64,000 bases of DNA from Candidatus Eiseniibacteriota bacterium (GCA_965224245.1 OZ245046.1:1440001-1504000), one strand, 5' to 3'; shown: positions 49,921-59,202, counted from the first letter of the stretch. Numbers and translations are program-made. The notes: generated from the letters alone by a model not told the origin.

Positions 49921-51739
49921 TCCTGATCCTTTCCCCTGGGGTCTTCGCGGCCGTACCGTGGCGGGCCGACGCCCCCTTGCCCACGGCTACGTTGGTCGCC
50001 GCGAAGTCGCCCTGGACCACGATACCGTGGTTCATGATCGTCGACTGCCGTTCCCTCATCTCTGATGTGTCGATCCCGTGTGCGTCGAGGAAGTCGATGA
50101 TCGCATCCAGCACGCGGCTGTCGAGTGACTTTCGATGGAAGTCGGTATCCATGCGTTGGTAGTAGTGGAGATACCTCCGACTCGACATGCTCTCTCGAAG
50201 GCTCGCAGCGCCGTAGTTGTAGAGCGGGTTCGCCTGCACCTCGCGACGGATGGCACTCTCACCGAAGACCAGATCGTGCACGAACGAGGACGCTTTTGCC
50301 AGGAGGAGGAGCGGGGAGAACGCCACGATGAAGGGGAACTTGACCAGCTCGATCAGGAGCCAGCCGATGTAGGAGCTGAAGGTCATGCCGCGAATGGCGT
50401 CCACGCGCCGGTAGGTGTCCGCGAGTGGTGTCAGCAGATGCTGGGACGTCTCTACGAAGAGATTGCGGCCGCGGATCACGCAGCGCAGGAAGTACGAGAA
50501 ACACAGCTCGTGACCCCAGTCCGTGATCTGAACCCACGTGTAATGGCGCACCGAGCGATCGCTGCCTCCAACGAAGCCCTCGATCGTGTTGGGGTCGAGT
50601 CGTTGTCGGGGTCGAGAAAGTGGGGTCGTCAGGATCTGGTCGTTGTGTCTGATGTCCGCGCCGTTCACGAAGAGGTAGTCCGTCGTGGAGAGCCCGGGCC
50701 TGGCCATCTCCCGCAAGGTGGAGTCAATCGCTTCCTTGAGCTCGGTCTCGCTGAACATGACCGGGTTGTCGCCCCCGAACTCCCGGGTTCGGGAGATGTC
50801 GATCGAGAAGGACCACGCACCAACAGGCTCGCCCGCCCCTTCGAACGGGGAGAAGCCGCGATAGACCGCCACGTTCTGTTTCTCGTCCGGTATACCCAGC
50901 TCGATGTCAGGGGGGATTGCGGTGCCGGCGTAGGCGGCACGCACCGCATCCGGGTCGAAGTCGTCGCGATGGAAGGGCTTCGCCAAGCGGTAGTCTTCGG
51001 CGTGGCGCTTGACCAGGAACGCGGCGACCAGCCCCAGCAGGAGCACGACGGCGATCACGGTCTGCCCGGCGGCAGCAAAAGCCAGTGCAAGGCCGCCGAG
51101 AATGGTGAAGACGGCCTGAAAGCCCGTCTCCCGACGCTCGAGCGTGACCGCGATGCGTGCCAGCGTCGTGCAGTCTAGTCCGTGCTCGATCGATCGAGCA
51201 CGGTAGGGCTCCTTGAGGTGCGCGAGGATGCGTTGACGGTGGAGCGATCCGAGCAAGACCGCGCTGGCCCAAGCGTGGCGGTTCACCTCATCGTTGGAAT
51301 ACCCCATGCTCCATGTCTCCTCACGTTTGAGCGACAGGCGGGCGTCGAGCCCGGCGTCCGAGCCGGTTGGCCGGGCCCACCAGATCGCGAGAGCGAGAAT
51401 GCCGAACGGGGACAACCGCCCGAGCAGCTGGGTCAGATCGTTGGCCAGAACGGGCGCTTCGAAGATCCAGGAACTGTCCAGCTCCGACACACGGTATCTC
51501 CACACGTGCGCGAAGGGCATCAGAAGCGCTCCGGTGACCACCTGCGCGGCAAACGCCGCGAGCGCACTGACGAGCACTCCCCCACGGAGGCGTAGTCTCG
51601 CCCACCGTGCCGCGGCGTAGGCGGCGAGCGCGGAAATGCCTCCAACGGGAGCCCCGAGAAGATCCACGTAACGATACGTGAACCCATTCAAGGCGCTGGA
51701 TGCGGTGCCAAGCACGAATAGGACGATGACTCGGTTCAT
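49901..51739 (-). CDS. 612-aa membrane protein with C-terminal Gly/Asn-rich motif
   Basis: Several TM segments, large soluble domain (VYRGFSPFEGAG), tail NHGIVVQGDFAATNVAVGKGASA; more A/T-ending codons than the flanks. Confidence 0.75.
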   Translation of the reverse strand: MNRVIVLFVLGTASSALNGFTYRYVDLLGAPVGGISALAAYAAARWARLRLRGGVLVSALAAFAAQVVTGALLMPFAHVWRYRVSELDSSWIFEAPVLANDLTQLLGRLSPFGILALAIWWARPTGSDAGLDARLSLKREETWSMGYSNDEVNRHAWASAVLLGSLHRQRILAHLKEPYRARSIEHGLDCTTLARIAVTLERRETGFQAVFTILGGLALAFAAAGQTVIAVVLLLGLVAAFLVKRHAEDYRLAKPFHRDDFDPDAVRAAYAGTAIPPDIELGIPDEKQNVAVYRGFSPFEGAGEPVGAWSFSIDISRTREFGGDNPVMFSETELKEAIDSTLREMARPGLSTTDYLFVNGADIRHNDQILTTPLSRPRQRLDPNTIEGFVGGSDRSVRHYTWVQITDWGHELCFSYFLRCVIRGRNLFVETSQHLLTPLADTYRRVDAIRGMTFSSYIGWLLIELVKFPFIVAFSPLLLLAKASSFVHDLVFGESAIRREVQANPLYNYGAASLRESMSSRRYLHYYQRMDTDFHRKSLDSRVLDAIIDFLDAHGIDTSEMRERQSTIMNHGIVVQGDFAATNVAVGKGASARHGTAAKTPGERIRNVVRSG

Positions 51740-51946
51740 CTCGAAACCTGCGAATGGCCTGTAGATTGGCGGCGGACGTTATTGACTACAATGGTCTCAC
51801 GTGACGCCAGTGTGTCAAGTAAGAAATAGTCATCGCGGCGGCCAGAGCGCTCGACGAGATCTCGTTCCCTGGGAGCGACTCAGCAGCAACGACTTCGGAG
51901 TCTCACCAGGAACGCGTGCCCCGGAACCAATGTCAGGCGCGGAGGC

Positions 51947-53035
51947 TCAAGGCAGGAACTTCTCGGGCGCAGCCAGCTTCTCGGGCAGATAGCGTTCGAT
52001 GACGTAGTTGAGCCCGTGCTTGGCCAGCGCCTGCTGCTCGACGCGGACGCCCATCTTCAGCATCTGCTCGATCGCCTTCTGCCACGGCTTGTGGTGCAGG
52101 ATGAACGGATCGTTCTTCAGGGCGTCCTTGGCCCGCTTGACGTCGACCTCCTTCAGCGGGTGCGTCGGCAGATCGTACGTGATGATGTCCTGTGGCGTGA
52201 CGCCGAGGTACCGGGCCTGCGGCACGCAGAAGAACTCGTTGATGTGGGCCGCGTTTCCCGATCCCACCTTCAACGTGCGGTAGATGTTCGAGATCCCGTA
52301 CGGATCGCCGTCGACGAACGCGTACACCGGGAGCTTCTTCTCGTCGGCCAGGCGCCGGATGAAGCGGCGGCAGGCTCGCGTGGGCACGCCTCCCATCGAC
52401 ACGAGGATGCAGGAGGCGTCCTTCCAGTAGTTGTGCTTCACGAGGCGCTGGAACATGCCGGCGGTCTCGATGACCAGCACGAACTTCGCCTTCGTCTCGA
52501 ACTTCAGCTCCTCGACCGAGATGGGCACCGAGTAGGCGCCGGACCCGAACCTCGTGCAGTCGATCCGGAGCTCCTCGCCGGTGTCACGATCGTGGTCGAT
52601 CACCACGAGCTGACCGGCCACGTCACCGCCCTTCTCCTCGGGGATGAAGCCCAGCTGCTCGCGGTTGACCGAGAAGAGGGCCTCGACGTCGTCCATGACC
52701 GCGTCGCTCTCCGGTTGCTCGTCGAACCGGCAATCGCCCCAGTTCTTGGAGACGTAGTAGGCCTCTCGCTTGGTGGCGATGTCGTCGTCGTCGATGAGCT
52801 CCTTCGAGAGCGCCATCATGCGCAGCGACTGCGCGAACGTCTTGACCGTGTTGACGGTCAGCGTACGCTCCTTCTTGGCGCCCTTGATCTCGAAGTAGCC
52901 CTTTCGGGGCGTGTACTTCACGTTCGACAGCGCGCGAAGGGGCAGCTTGAGCGTGGGCTTCTTGCCCTCCAGGATGACCCCGCGGACGCGGGCCGCCTCG
53001 TCCTTGATCTGGCGCTTGAGGGTCTTGCGACTCAT
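51947..53035 (-). CDS. top6A: DNA topoisomerase VI subunit A (Spo11-like)
   Basis: TKREAYY (catalytic Tyr), QPESD, TOPRIM VLVIET, GGVP, DGDPYG, EQQAL. Confidence 0.93.
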   Translation of the reverse strand: MSRKTLKRQIKDEAARVRGVILEGKKPTLKLPLRALSNVKYTPRKGYFEIKGAKKERTLTVNTVKTFAQSLRMMALSKELIDDDDIATKREAYYVSKNWGDCRFDEQPESDAVMDDVEALFSVNREQLGFIPEEKGGDVAGQLVVIDHDRDTGEELRIDCTRFGSGAYSVPISVEELKFETKAKFVLVIETAGMFQRLVKHNYWKDASCILVSMGGVPTRACRRFIRRLADEKKLPVYAFVDGDPYGISNIYRTLKVGSGNAAHINEFFCVPQARYLGVTPQDIITYDLPTHPLKEVDVKRAKDALKNDPFILHHKPWQKAIEQMLKMGVRVEQQALAKHGLNYVIERYLPEKLAAPEKFLP

Positions 53036-54144
53036 CGATGTCCTCCGCAGTGGCGAGCGACGGACGCATCCGCGGCGCTCGCAGTTCGACGACGGGGTCC
53101 CTGCGCTCGCGATCGCCGGCGCGGGGGGCGACGCGGCGCGACGAGGCCGGCGACGCGCGCCTCCACCTTCCGGACGTAGTCGGCGGCGAGCCCGACGAGA
53201 TGGGGATCGCGCGCGTTGAGCACGAAGTTGCACAGGACGAGCGCACGCCCGGCGATGAGGACATCCAGATCCTCGTCGTCGAGGTCCGGCCACGCGCGGA
53301 CGTGCTCGTAGCCCCGCTTGAACGCGGTCAGATGGGCGGCCCAGTCCGATCGATCTCGGATGTGGTGGAGCCCGATCGCGACGTCGTGCGCGGCGTGGCC
53401 CAGGAGCATGTCCTCGAAGTCGATCGCGTGGGCGCGGCCCCCGGCCACGCGCACGTTCCAGGGGTGCAGATCGGCGTGGATCACGTGACGCTCGGCCGAG
53501 CGACTCCAGAAGTGCTCCACCCGCTCGCTCACGCGGGCCAGCGCGTCCGCGAAGACGCGGCGCGTGCGTGCGGACAGGCGCTCGTCGGCACCGGCGCCGG
53601 CGAGCCGGTTCGGCTCCACCGGGGGATGGGCCGCGTTGGCGTACGGCAGCGCCGAGGCGTGGGGCCGTGGAGGTGGGCCGGGGAGCACGAACCGGGCGGC
53701 GTGCTCGTGAAGCTCCGCGGCCAGGGTGCCCCAGAGCTCGGTATCCGTGAGCGACGGCGTGGCGCCGATCGTGCGGCCGGGGACCCAGCCGAACACCACG
53801 GCGTGGCGCGGCTCGGGCATCCCCGGTATCGACTCGGTCGTGAAGCGCCGGCCGTCACGGGTGCGACGCATGACCGGCACCACGAGCGTCGTGTCGGCGG
53901 CGAGCGCATCCAGCCAGCGGCTCTCGCGCTCGATGTCGTCGGGACCGTGACAGCCGGACGGATCGTAGACGCGGAGCACGAGGCGCTCTCCGGTATCGAT
54001 GCGAACGACGAAGAGGGCGTTCGTGGTGTTCGGAATCCGGCGGAGCGACACGACCCGGAGCCGGTGTCGCGAAAGTGCCCGCTCGGCCAGAGCACGGAGC
54101 CGGCGGCTCCGGGTCCGTACCGACGCCTCGTAGTACGAGCGCAT
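53032..54144 (-). CDS. APH/SrkA-like phosphotransferase (protein kinase-like fold)
   Basis: LVLRVY, E..W, IHADLHPWN catalytic loop, IDFED. Confidence 0.85.
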   Translation of the reverse strand: MRSYYEASVRTRSRRLRALAERALSRHRLRVVSLRRIPNTTNALFVVRIDTGERLVLRVYDPSGCHGPDDIERESRWLDALAADTTLVVPVMRRTRDGRRFTTESIPGMPEPRHAVVFGWVPGRTIGATPSLTDTELWGTLAAELHEHAARFVLPGPPPRPHASALPYANAAHPPVEPNRLAGAGADERLSARTRRVFADALARVSERVEHFWSRSAERHVIHADLHPWNVRVAGGRAHAIDFEDMLLGHAAHDVAIGLHHIRDRSDWAAHLTAFKRGYEHVRAWPDLDDEDLDVLIAGRALVLCNFVLNARDPHLVGLAADYVRKVEARVAGLVAPRRPPRRRSRAQGPRRRTASAADASVARHCGGHR

Positions 54145-54146
54145 GC

Positions 54147-55895
54147 CTAGAGCTTCCGGCTGCGTTCGAGCGTGTCGGTGAGCGTCTCGATGATGTCGGC
54201 CTTCTGCTTCTCGGTGAGCCCGAGAATGTCCTCGAGGGCGATCCCGATGTGAGGGATGTACTTCTCGATGTACGCGCGCTTCTTCAGCGAGTCGGCCTCG
54301 CGCTTGCGCCGCTTCAGGTACTGTCCGAGCTTCCGGCCGCAGTCCTGGAGCGCCAGGCGCATCTCCTTGAGGATCTCCGGGTAGTGGGCGATCGCCTCCT
54401 TGCTCTCGGACGTGAACGGAACCCACACCGAGGCGATGTGCATGAAGAGCACCATGGGGGCGGCCGGGAATGCTCCCCGTGACTGGCTGAGACCGTAGTT
54501 GCGCCATGCGGTGGCGATCACGGCCTTCGAGCACGCGCACGCGGACTGCTGATAGAGCAGCGGGACGCGGTTGGCGAACCGGTGGAGCGTGATCAGCTCG
54601 TCGCCCGGCAGATCGCCGCCGTACGCGATGCCGACCTCGACCTGGAACGGGTTGCCGCGGTACACCGACGGCGCGCGCGTCGTGGTCAGGTAGATGTCGG
54701 CGTTCACCTGGGCCCGGAGGCCGGCCTCCATCGCGTCGGGTCCGATCGGCGACAGGCAGTCGGTGGGGGGCGCCATGATCTTGACCGACTGGATCGACTG
54801 ATAGAGCTCCTCGGCCGCGTCGCGATGGATGCGCGCGGGAGACGCGTTGGGCTTCAGGCCCGCACCGGCGACGATCTCGCCGGAGACCTTCGCGCTGACG
54901 CGGCTGAACTCGGTGTGAAGAAACGCCGACACGGTCCGGGACTTCGTCTCCTTGAGCATCTTCATCAGGAGCCCCAGCTCGATCCCGTGGGGGTGGGGCT
55001 TGATCTCGCGCGGCTCGATCGGGAGATCGGGGCTCGTGCGCTCGAAGATCGTCTCGGGGATCTTCGGGGTCACGTACGTGATTCGCGCATGGGGGTTGGC
55101 CAGCGCGGTGGCCTCGATGTAGCCGTCGACCGAACGCTTGCCCTTCTGGTAGAGCCCTTCCAGCTCCAGCTCGATTCGCGTGCCGTGCCCGGGCTCCCAC
55201 TCGATCTCGGCCTCGCGCGACACGAGCGGCGCGTTCTTGTTGGTGTCGATCTGGATCGCGAACTCGAACGCCTTGTGCCGCTTGCCCGCGCGGCTGATCA
55301 CACGCATGGCCTTGCCGGTGGTGAGCTGACCGTACATGCCGGCGGCCGAGATCCCGATGCCCTGCTGGCCGCGGGACTGGCGCCGGGCGTGGAACTTCGA
55401 GCCATACAGGAGCTGCCCGAAGATCCGCGGGATCTGCGACTTGACGATGCCCGGGCCGTTGTCCTGGACGACGATGCGGTAGCGACCCTCGCGGAGCTCG
55501 TGGATCTCAACGCGGAGCTCGGGCAGGATGCGGGCCTCCTCACAGGCATCGAGCGCGTTGTCGACCGCCTCCTTGATCGTGGTCAGGAGCGCCTTCTTGG
55601 GGTTGTCGAAGCCCAGGAGATGACGGTTCTTCGCGAAGAACTCCGAGACCGAGATCTCGCGCTGTCCTTTCGCCATGTCCTGAGCGGTGCGGGAGGTCGA
55701 GGCGCCGCGAGCCCGTCCGCCCCGCCTGGACGACGCGGGGGCGGAGGACGTCCGCGAGGATGCGCCACGCGCCGACCGGGTGGGGCGGGCCTTGCCGTTG
55801 CTGGACGCCGCCGCGGGCGCGGCGTCCTCGGCGTTCAGGTCCAGCGAGATCTGATCCGAGGCGCGCTTGGTCGTCTTTCGCTTTCGGGTTGCCAT
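54147..55895 (-). CDS. top6B: DNA topoisomerase VI subunit B
   Basis: EISVSEFFAKNRHLLGF, KEAVDNALDACEE, DNGPG, YGSKF, SRGQQGIG (GHKL), RFANRVPLL, VPFTSESKEAI. Confidence 0.95.
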   Translation of the reverse strand: MATRKRKTTKRASDQISLDLNAEDAAPAAASSNGKARPTRSARGASSRTSSAPASSRRGGRARGASTSRTAQDMAKGQREISVSEFFAKNRHLLGFDNPKKALLTTIKEAVDNALDACEEARILPELRVEIHELREGRYRIVVQDNGPGIVKSQIPRIFGQLLYGSKFHARRQSRGQQGIGISAAGMYGQLTTGKAMRVISRAGKRHKAFEFAIQIDTNKNAPLVSREAEIEWEPGHGTRIELELEGLYQKGKRSVDGYIEATALANPHARITYVTPKIPETIFERTSPDLPIEPREIKPHPHGIELGLLMKMLKETKSRTVSAFLHTEFSRVSAKVSGEIVAGAGLKPNASPARIHRDAAEELYQSIQSVKIMAPPTDCLSPIGPDAMEAGLRAQVNADIYLTTTRAPSVYRGNPFQVEVGIAYGGDLPGDELITLHRFANRVPLLYQQSACACSKAVIATAWRNYGLSQSRGAFPAAPMVLFMHIASVWVPFTSESKEAIAHYPEILKEMRLALQDCGRKLGQYLKRRKREADSLKKRAYIEKYIPHIGIALEDILGLTEKQKADIIETLTDTLERSRKL

Positions 55896-56068
55896 GGCGA
55901 GGATCCGCTGTCTCGTGACTCGAGGTGTGTGCGACCGAGGGGACACCGGCGGGGCCGACGGCCCGCCTGCCGGACGTACCGGCGCGCCGGCGTTCTCGGA
56001 CTCGGGGGCCTCGCCAGCACGCCCGACGATTAGCAACGTCTCCGCCCGGAGTCAAGCGCCGCCCGGCA

Positions 56069-56098
56069 TTGACGGCGGCCGCCGGTGGGGTGTAGCTT
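56069..56098 (+). promoter_or_regulatory. Sigma70-like promoter of the BMC operon
   Basis: TTGACG-N18-TAGCTT. Confidence 0.45.
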
Positions 56099-56191
56099 CC
56101 GCCAATTGGTTGACGTAGAACGTCTTTTCGGGCTCGCGCCCGCGCGGACTCCCCGGTGCCGCGGCGCCGAAACGCGAGAGGAAGGCAGAGG

Positions 56192-56485
56192 ATGGAAGAA
56201 GCTCTGGGACTCATCGAGACCCGAGGCTTCACGGCGCTGGTGGAAGCATCGGACGCCATGGCCAAGGCCGCGAAGGTGCGCCTCGTTCGATACGAGAAGA
56301 TCGGCGGCGGCTACGTCACGACGATGGTCCGGGGCGACGTGGCCGCGGTCCGCGCAGCGGTCGAGGCCGGCAGCGCCGCTGCCGCCAAGGTCGGTGAGCT
56401 CGTGGCCGCGCACGTGATCCCGCGTCCGCACGCGATGGTCGACGAGGTGCTCCCGGTGGGCGCTCTGGCGACCGAGACCGCGTAG
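56192..56485 (+). CDS. Microcompartment hexamer shell protein (BMC-H, EutM/PduA-like)
   Basis: [36 protein letters not shown]. Confidence 0.95.
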   Translation: MEEALGLIETRGFTALVEASDAMAKAAKVRLVRYEKIGGGYVTTMVRGDVAAVRAAVEAGSAAAAKVGELVAAHVIPRPHAMVDEVLPVGALATETA

Positions 56486-56498
56486 CCGGTCCGGCGCG

Positions 56499-56786
56499 AT
56501 GCAGATCTGCCGCGTCGTGGGCACGGTCGTCGCGACGCGCAAGCAGACCCCGCTCACGGGGATCCGGTTTCTCCTGGTCGAGCCCGTTCGCCCCGACGGC
56601 CACCCCAGTGCCGGGACGCTTGTCGCCGCCGATGCCGTCGGCGCCGGACCCGGGGAGACCGTCCTCATCGCCCAGGGATCGAGCGCGCGCCTCACCGACG
56701 TCTCTCAGGATCGACCGATCGACGCGGTGATCATGGCGATCGTCGACGAGATCGAGATCGACGGAGACGTGGTCTTCCGCAAGTAG
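56499..56786 (+). CDS. Microcompartment vertex protein (BMC-P, EutN/CcmL)
   Basis: VVGTVVATRK, DAVGAGPGETVL, GSSAR, PIDAVIMAIVD. Confidence 0.93.
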   Translation: MQICRVVGTVVATRKQTPLTGIRFLLVEPVRPDGHPSAGTLVAADAVGAGPGETVLIAQGSSARLTDVSQDRPIDAVIMAIVDEIEIDGDVVFRK

Positions 56787-56793
56787 TCACGAG

Positions 56794-58242
56794 GTGGCGT
56801 TGGACGATCGGCGGATCGACGACATCGTCGAGCGCGTGCTCGCACGGCTCGAGTCGGGTCCGGGCTCCGCAAGTGGGCACCCGGGCGAGGCACCCGTGCG
56901 CTCGGGCGAGCGCCCCGGCCGCGGCGTGATCGCCGACCTGGACACGGCCGTGGAGACCGCGCGCCGATCCCAGCGGCAGCTCGCGACGCTCCCTCTGGAC
57001 ACCCGCCGCTTGGCCGTGGTCTCGATGCGGCGCGCGGTGCGCGCGGCGGCCCGCCTCCTGGCTGAGATGGCCGTCCGCGAGACGGGAATGGGGCGCGTCG
57101 AGGACAAGATCAAGAAGAACCTCCTCGTCGGCGAGCAGACGCCTGGGGTGGAGATCCTTCAGCCGACCACCTACACCGGCGACCACGGCATGACGCTGAT
57201 CGAGCACGCGCCGTACGGCGTCGTCGCGTCGGTCACGCCGTCCACGAACCCGTCCGAGACCGTCATCAACAACACCATCGGCATGGTGGCCGCGGGTAAC
57301 GGGGTCGTGGTGGCGCCCCACCCGGGTGCGAAGGCGGTCACACAGCGCACGGTGGAGATCCTCAACGACGCGATCGCGGGCGTCGGGGGCCCCGGTGAGC
57401 TCATCACGGTGCTCGCCGATCCCTCGATCGAGGCCACCGGAGCCCTGATGGCGCATCCCGGGGTTCGGCTCGTCGTCGTGACCGGGGGACCGGGCGTCGT
57501 GTCCGCCGCGATGAAGTCGGGGAAGAAGGTCGTCGCGGCCGGGCCGGGGAACCCGCCGGTCGTCGTGGACGAGACCGCGGACATCCCCGACGCCGCCCGG
57601 CACATCGTCATGGGGGCGTCGCTCGACAACAACATCGTGTGCTCGGACGAGAAGGAGGTCATCGCCGTCGACCGCATCGCCGATTCGCTCCTGTCGGAGA
57701 TGGAGCGGGCCGACGCGGTCCGGCTGACGCGATCGCAGACCGAGCAGATCTCGAATCTCCTGTTCGCCGAGGTGCGGGGTCCCCGCCGCCACGCGGTGAT
57801 GAACCGTCAGGTGATCGGCCGGGACGCCGCGGTGCTGGCGTCGCGCATCGGCCTCGCCTGTGATCCGAAGACGCGGCTCCTGGTCGCGGAGGTTCCGGCC
57901 GAGCACCCGCTCCTGTGGACCGAGCAGCTGACCCCGGTGATGCCGGTGACGCGCGTGCCCGACGTGGACGCGGCGATCGAGCTCGCCCGCGGGGTGGAGC
58001 ACGGGTACGGCCACACGGCCGTCATGCACTCCCGCGACGTCGCCAACCTCAGCCGCATGGCGCGCGTCATGGACACCTGCATCTTCGTCAAGAACGGACC
58101 GGCCTACGCCGGGCTGGGCTACGGTGGCGAGGGGCCGACGTCGTTCACGATCGCGCACCCCACCGGAGACGGGCTCTCGAACGCGATCACGTTCTCGCGC
58201 ATTCGCCGGTGCGTGCTCGTCGACTACTTCCGGATCGTGTGA
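56794..58242 (+). CDS. CoA-acylating aldehyde dehydrogenase (EutE/PduP-like) with N-terminal encapsulation peptide
   Basis: IDDIVERVLARL peptide; ETGMGR, PSTNP, TGGPGVV, AGPGNPP, DNNIVC, GEGPTSFTIA. Confidence 0.92.
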   Translation: MALDDRRIDDIVERVLARLESGPGSASGHPGEAPVRSGERPGRGVIADLDTAVETARRSQRQLATLPLDTRRLAVVSMRRAVRAAARLLAEMAVRETGMGRVEDKIKKNLLVGEQTPGVEILQPTTYTGDHGMTLIEHAPYGVVASVTPSTNPSETVINNTIGMVAAGNGVVVAPHPGAKAVTQRTVEILNDAIAGVGGPGELITVLADPSIEATGALMAHPGVRLVVVTGGPGVVSAAMKSGKKVVAAGPGNPPVVVDETADIPDAARHIVMGASLDNNIVCSDEKEVIAVDRIADSLLSEMERADAVRLTRSQTEQISNLLFAEVRGPRRHAVMNRQVIGRDAAVLASRIGLACDPKTRLLVAEVPAEHPLLWTEQLTPVMPVTRVPDVDAAIELARGVEHGYGHTAVMHSRDVANLSRMARVMDTCIFVKNGPAYAGLGYGGEGPTSFTIAHPTGDGLSNAITFSRIRRCVLVDYFRIV

Positions 58243-58835
58243 TGCTCGCGGAACCGGCGCTCGGGGTGGTCGAGCTCGACTCGATCGCGGTGGGGCTCCG
58301 CACCGCCGACGTGATCGTCAAGGAGGCACCGGTCGCCCTCGTCCTGGCGACTCCGGCCACGCCGGGTCGGTTCCTGATCGTCTTCGGGGGCGAGGTTGCG
58401 AACGTGAGCTTCGCGTTCCGGCGCGGTTGCGAGTTCGGCGGGGCCCACCTGGTGGATTCCCTCGAGCTGTCGGTCGTCGACCCGCAGGTGCCGGCTGCGC
58501 TGGCGGGGCCGCGACCGCCCGAGCGGCCCGATGCGCTGGGGGTGGTGGAGACCCGCACGTCCGCGGCGGCCATCGTGGCCGGCGACGCGGCCGCGAAGCG
58601 GGCGCACGTGCACGTCGTCCAGATTGTGGTCAGCCGAGGGCTGCACGGCAAAGGCTTCGTGACCCTCGGGGGGGCCGTGCACGACATCGAGGCGGCCGTC
58701 GACGCGGCGTCCGGGGCGGCGGACGCGCGAGGGGGGCACCTGTCGCGCGCGATCATCGCCAACCCCGATGACGCGATTCGCGCCGTGATCCACCGGGGTG
58801 ACTGGGGACGATGGGGCGACGTCCCGCTCTACTGA
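58242..58835 (+). CDS. Tandem-domain shell protein (BMC-T, PduT-like)
   Basis: Two BMC domains (ALGVVELDSIA / ALGVVETRT), GLHGKGFV, IIANP. Confidence 0.88.
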   Translation: MLAEPALGVVELDSIAVGLRTADVIVKEAPVALVLATPATPGRFLIVFGGEVANVSFAFRRGCEFGGAHLVDSLELSVVDPQVPAALAGPRPPERPDALGVVETRTSAAAIVAGDAAAKRAHVHVVQIVVSRGLHGKGFVTLGGAVHDIEAAVDAASGAADARGGHLSRAIIANPDDAIRAVIHRGDWGRWGDVPLY

Positions 58836-58891
58836 TCGAGTGTGCGGGCGCCGCCGCGCGCGGCGAGGCCGGAGCGGCCCGGAGGTGAGAC

Positions 58892-59164
58892 ATGCACTTC
58901 GCGCGGATCGTGGGAACGGTCGTGGCCACCACCAAGACTCCCGGGCTCGCCGGGCGGCGTCTGGTCGTGCTGGAGCCGACCGATCGGGACGGACGCGGGC
59001 TCGAGCGGGAGCCGGTCGTGGCGGTGGATCTCGTCTCGGCGGCGCCCGGGCAGCGGGTGTTCTTCGTTCGGGCGCGAGAGGCGGCCAACGCTCTGGATGA
59101 CGTCAACAACCCGGTTGATGCAGCCGTTCTGGGCATCGTCGACGCGGTCCGGACCGAGCGCTGA
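58892..59164 (+). CDS. Second BMC-P vertex protein (EutN/CcmL)
   Basis: ARIVGTVVATTK, VAVDLVSAAPG, PVDAAVLGIVD. Confidence 0.9.
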   Translation: MHFARIVGTVVATTKTPGLAGRRLVVLEPTDRDGRGLEREPVVAVDLVSAAPGQRVFFVRAREAANALDDVNNPVDAAVLGIVDAVRTER

Positions 59165-59202
59165 GGCGGATTCGGCGCCCGTCGCCCGAGGGCGCGGGGG
59201 CT

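Noticed and set aside
53032-55200. 722-aa ORF suggesting a long kinase fusion
   Set aside because: The N-terminal half is an alternative frame of top6B; the kinase starts at 54144.
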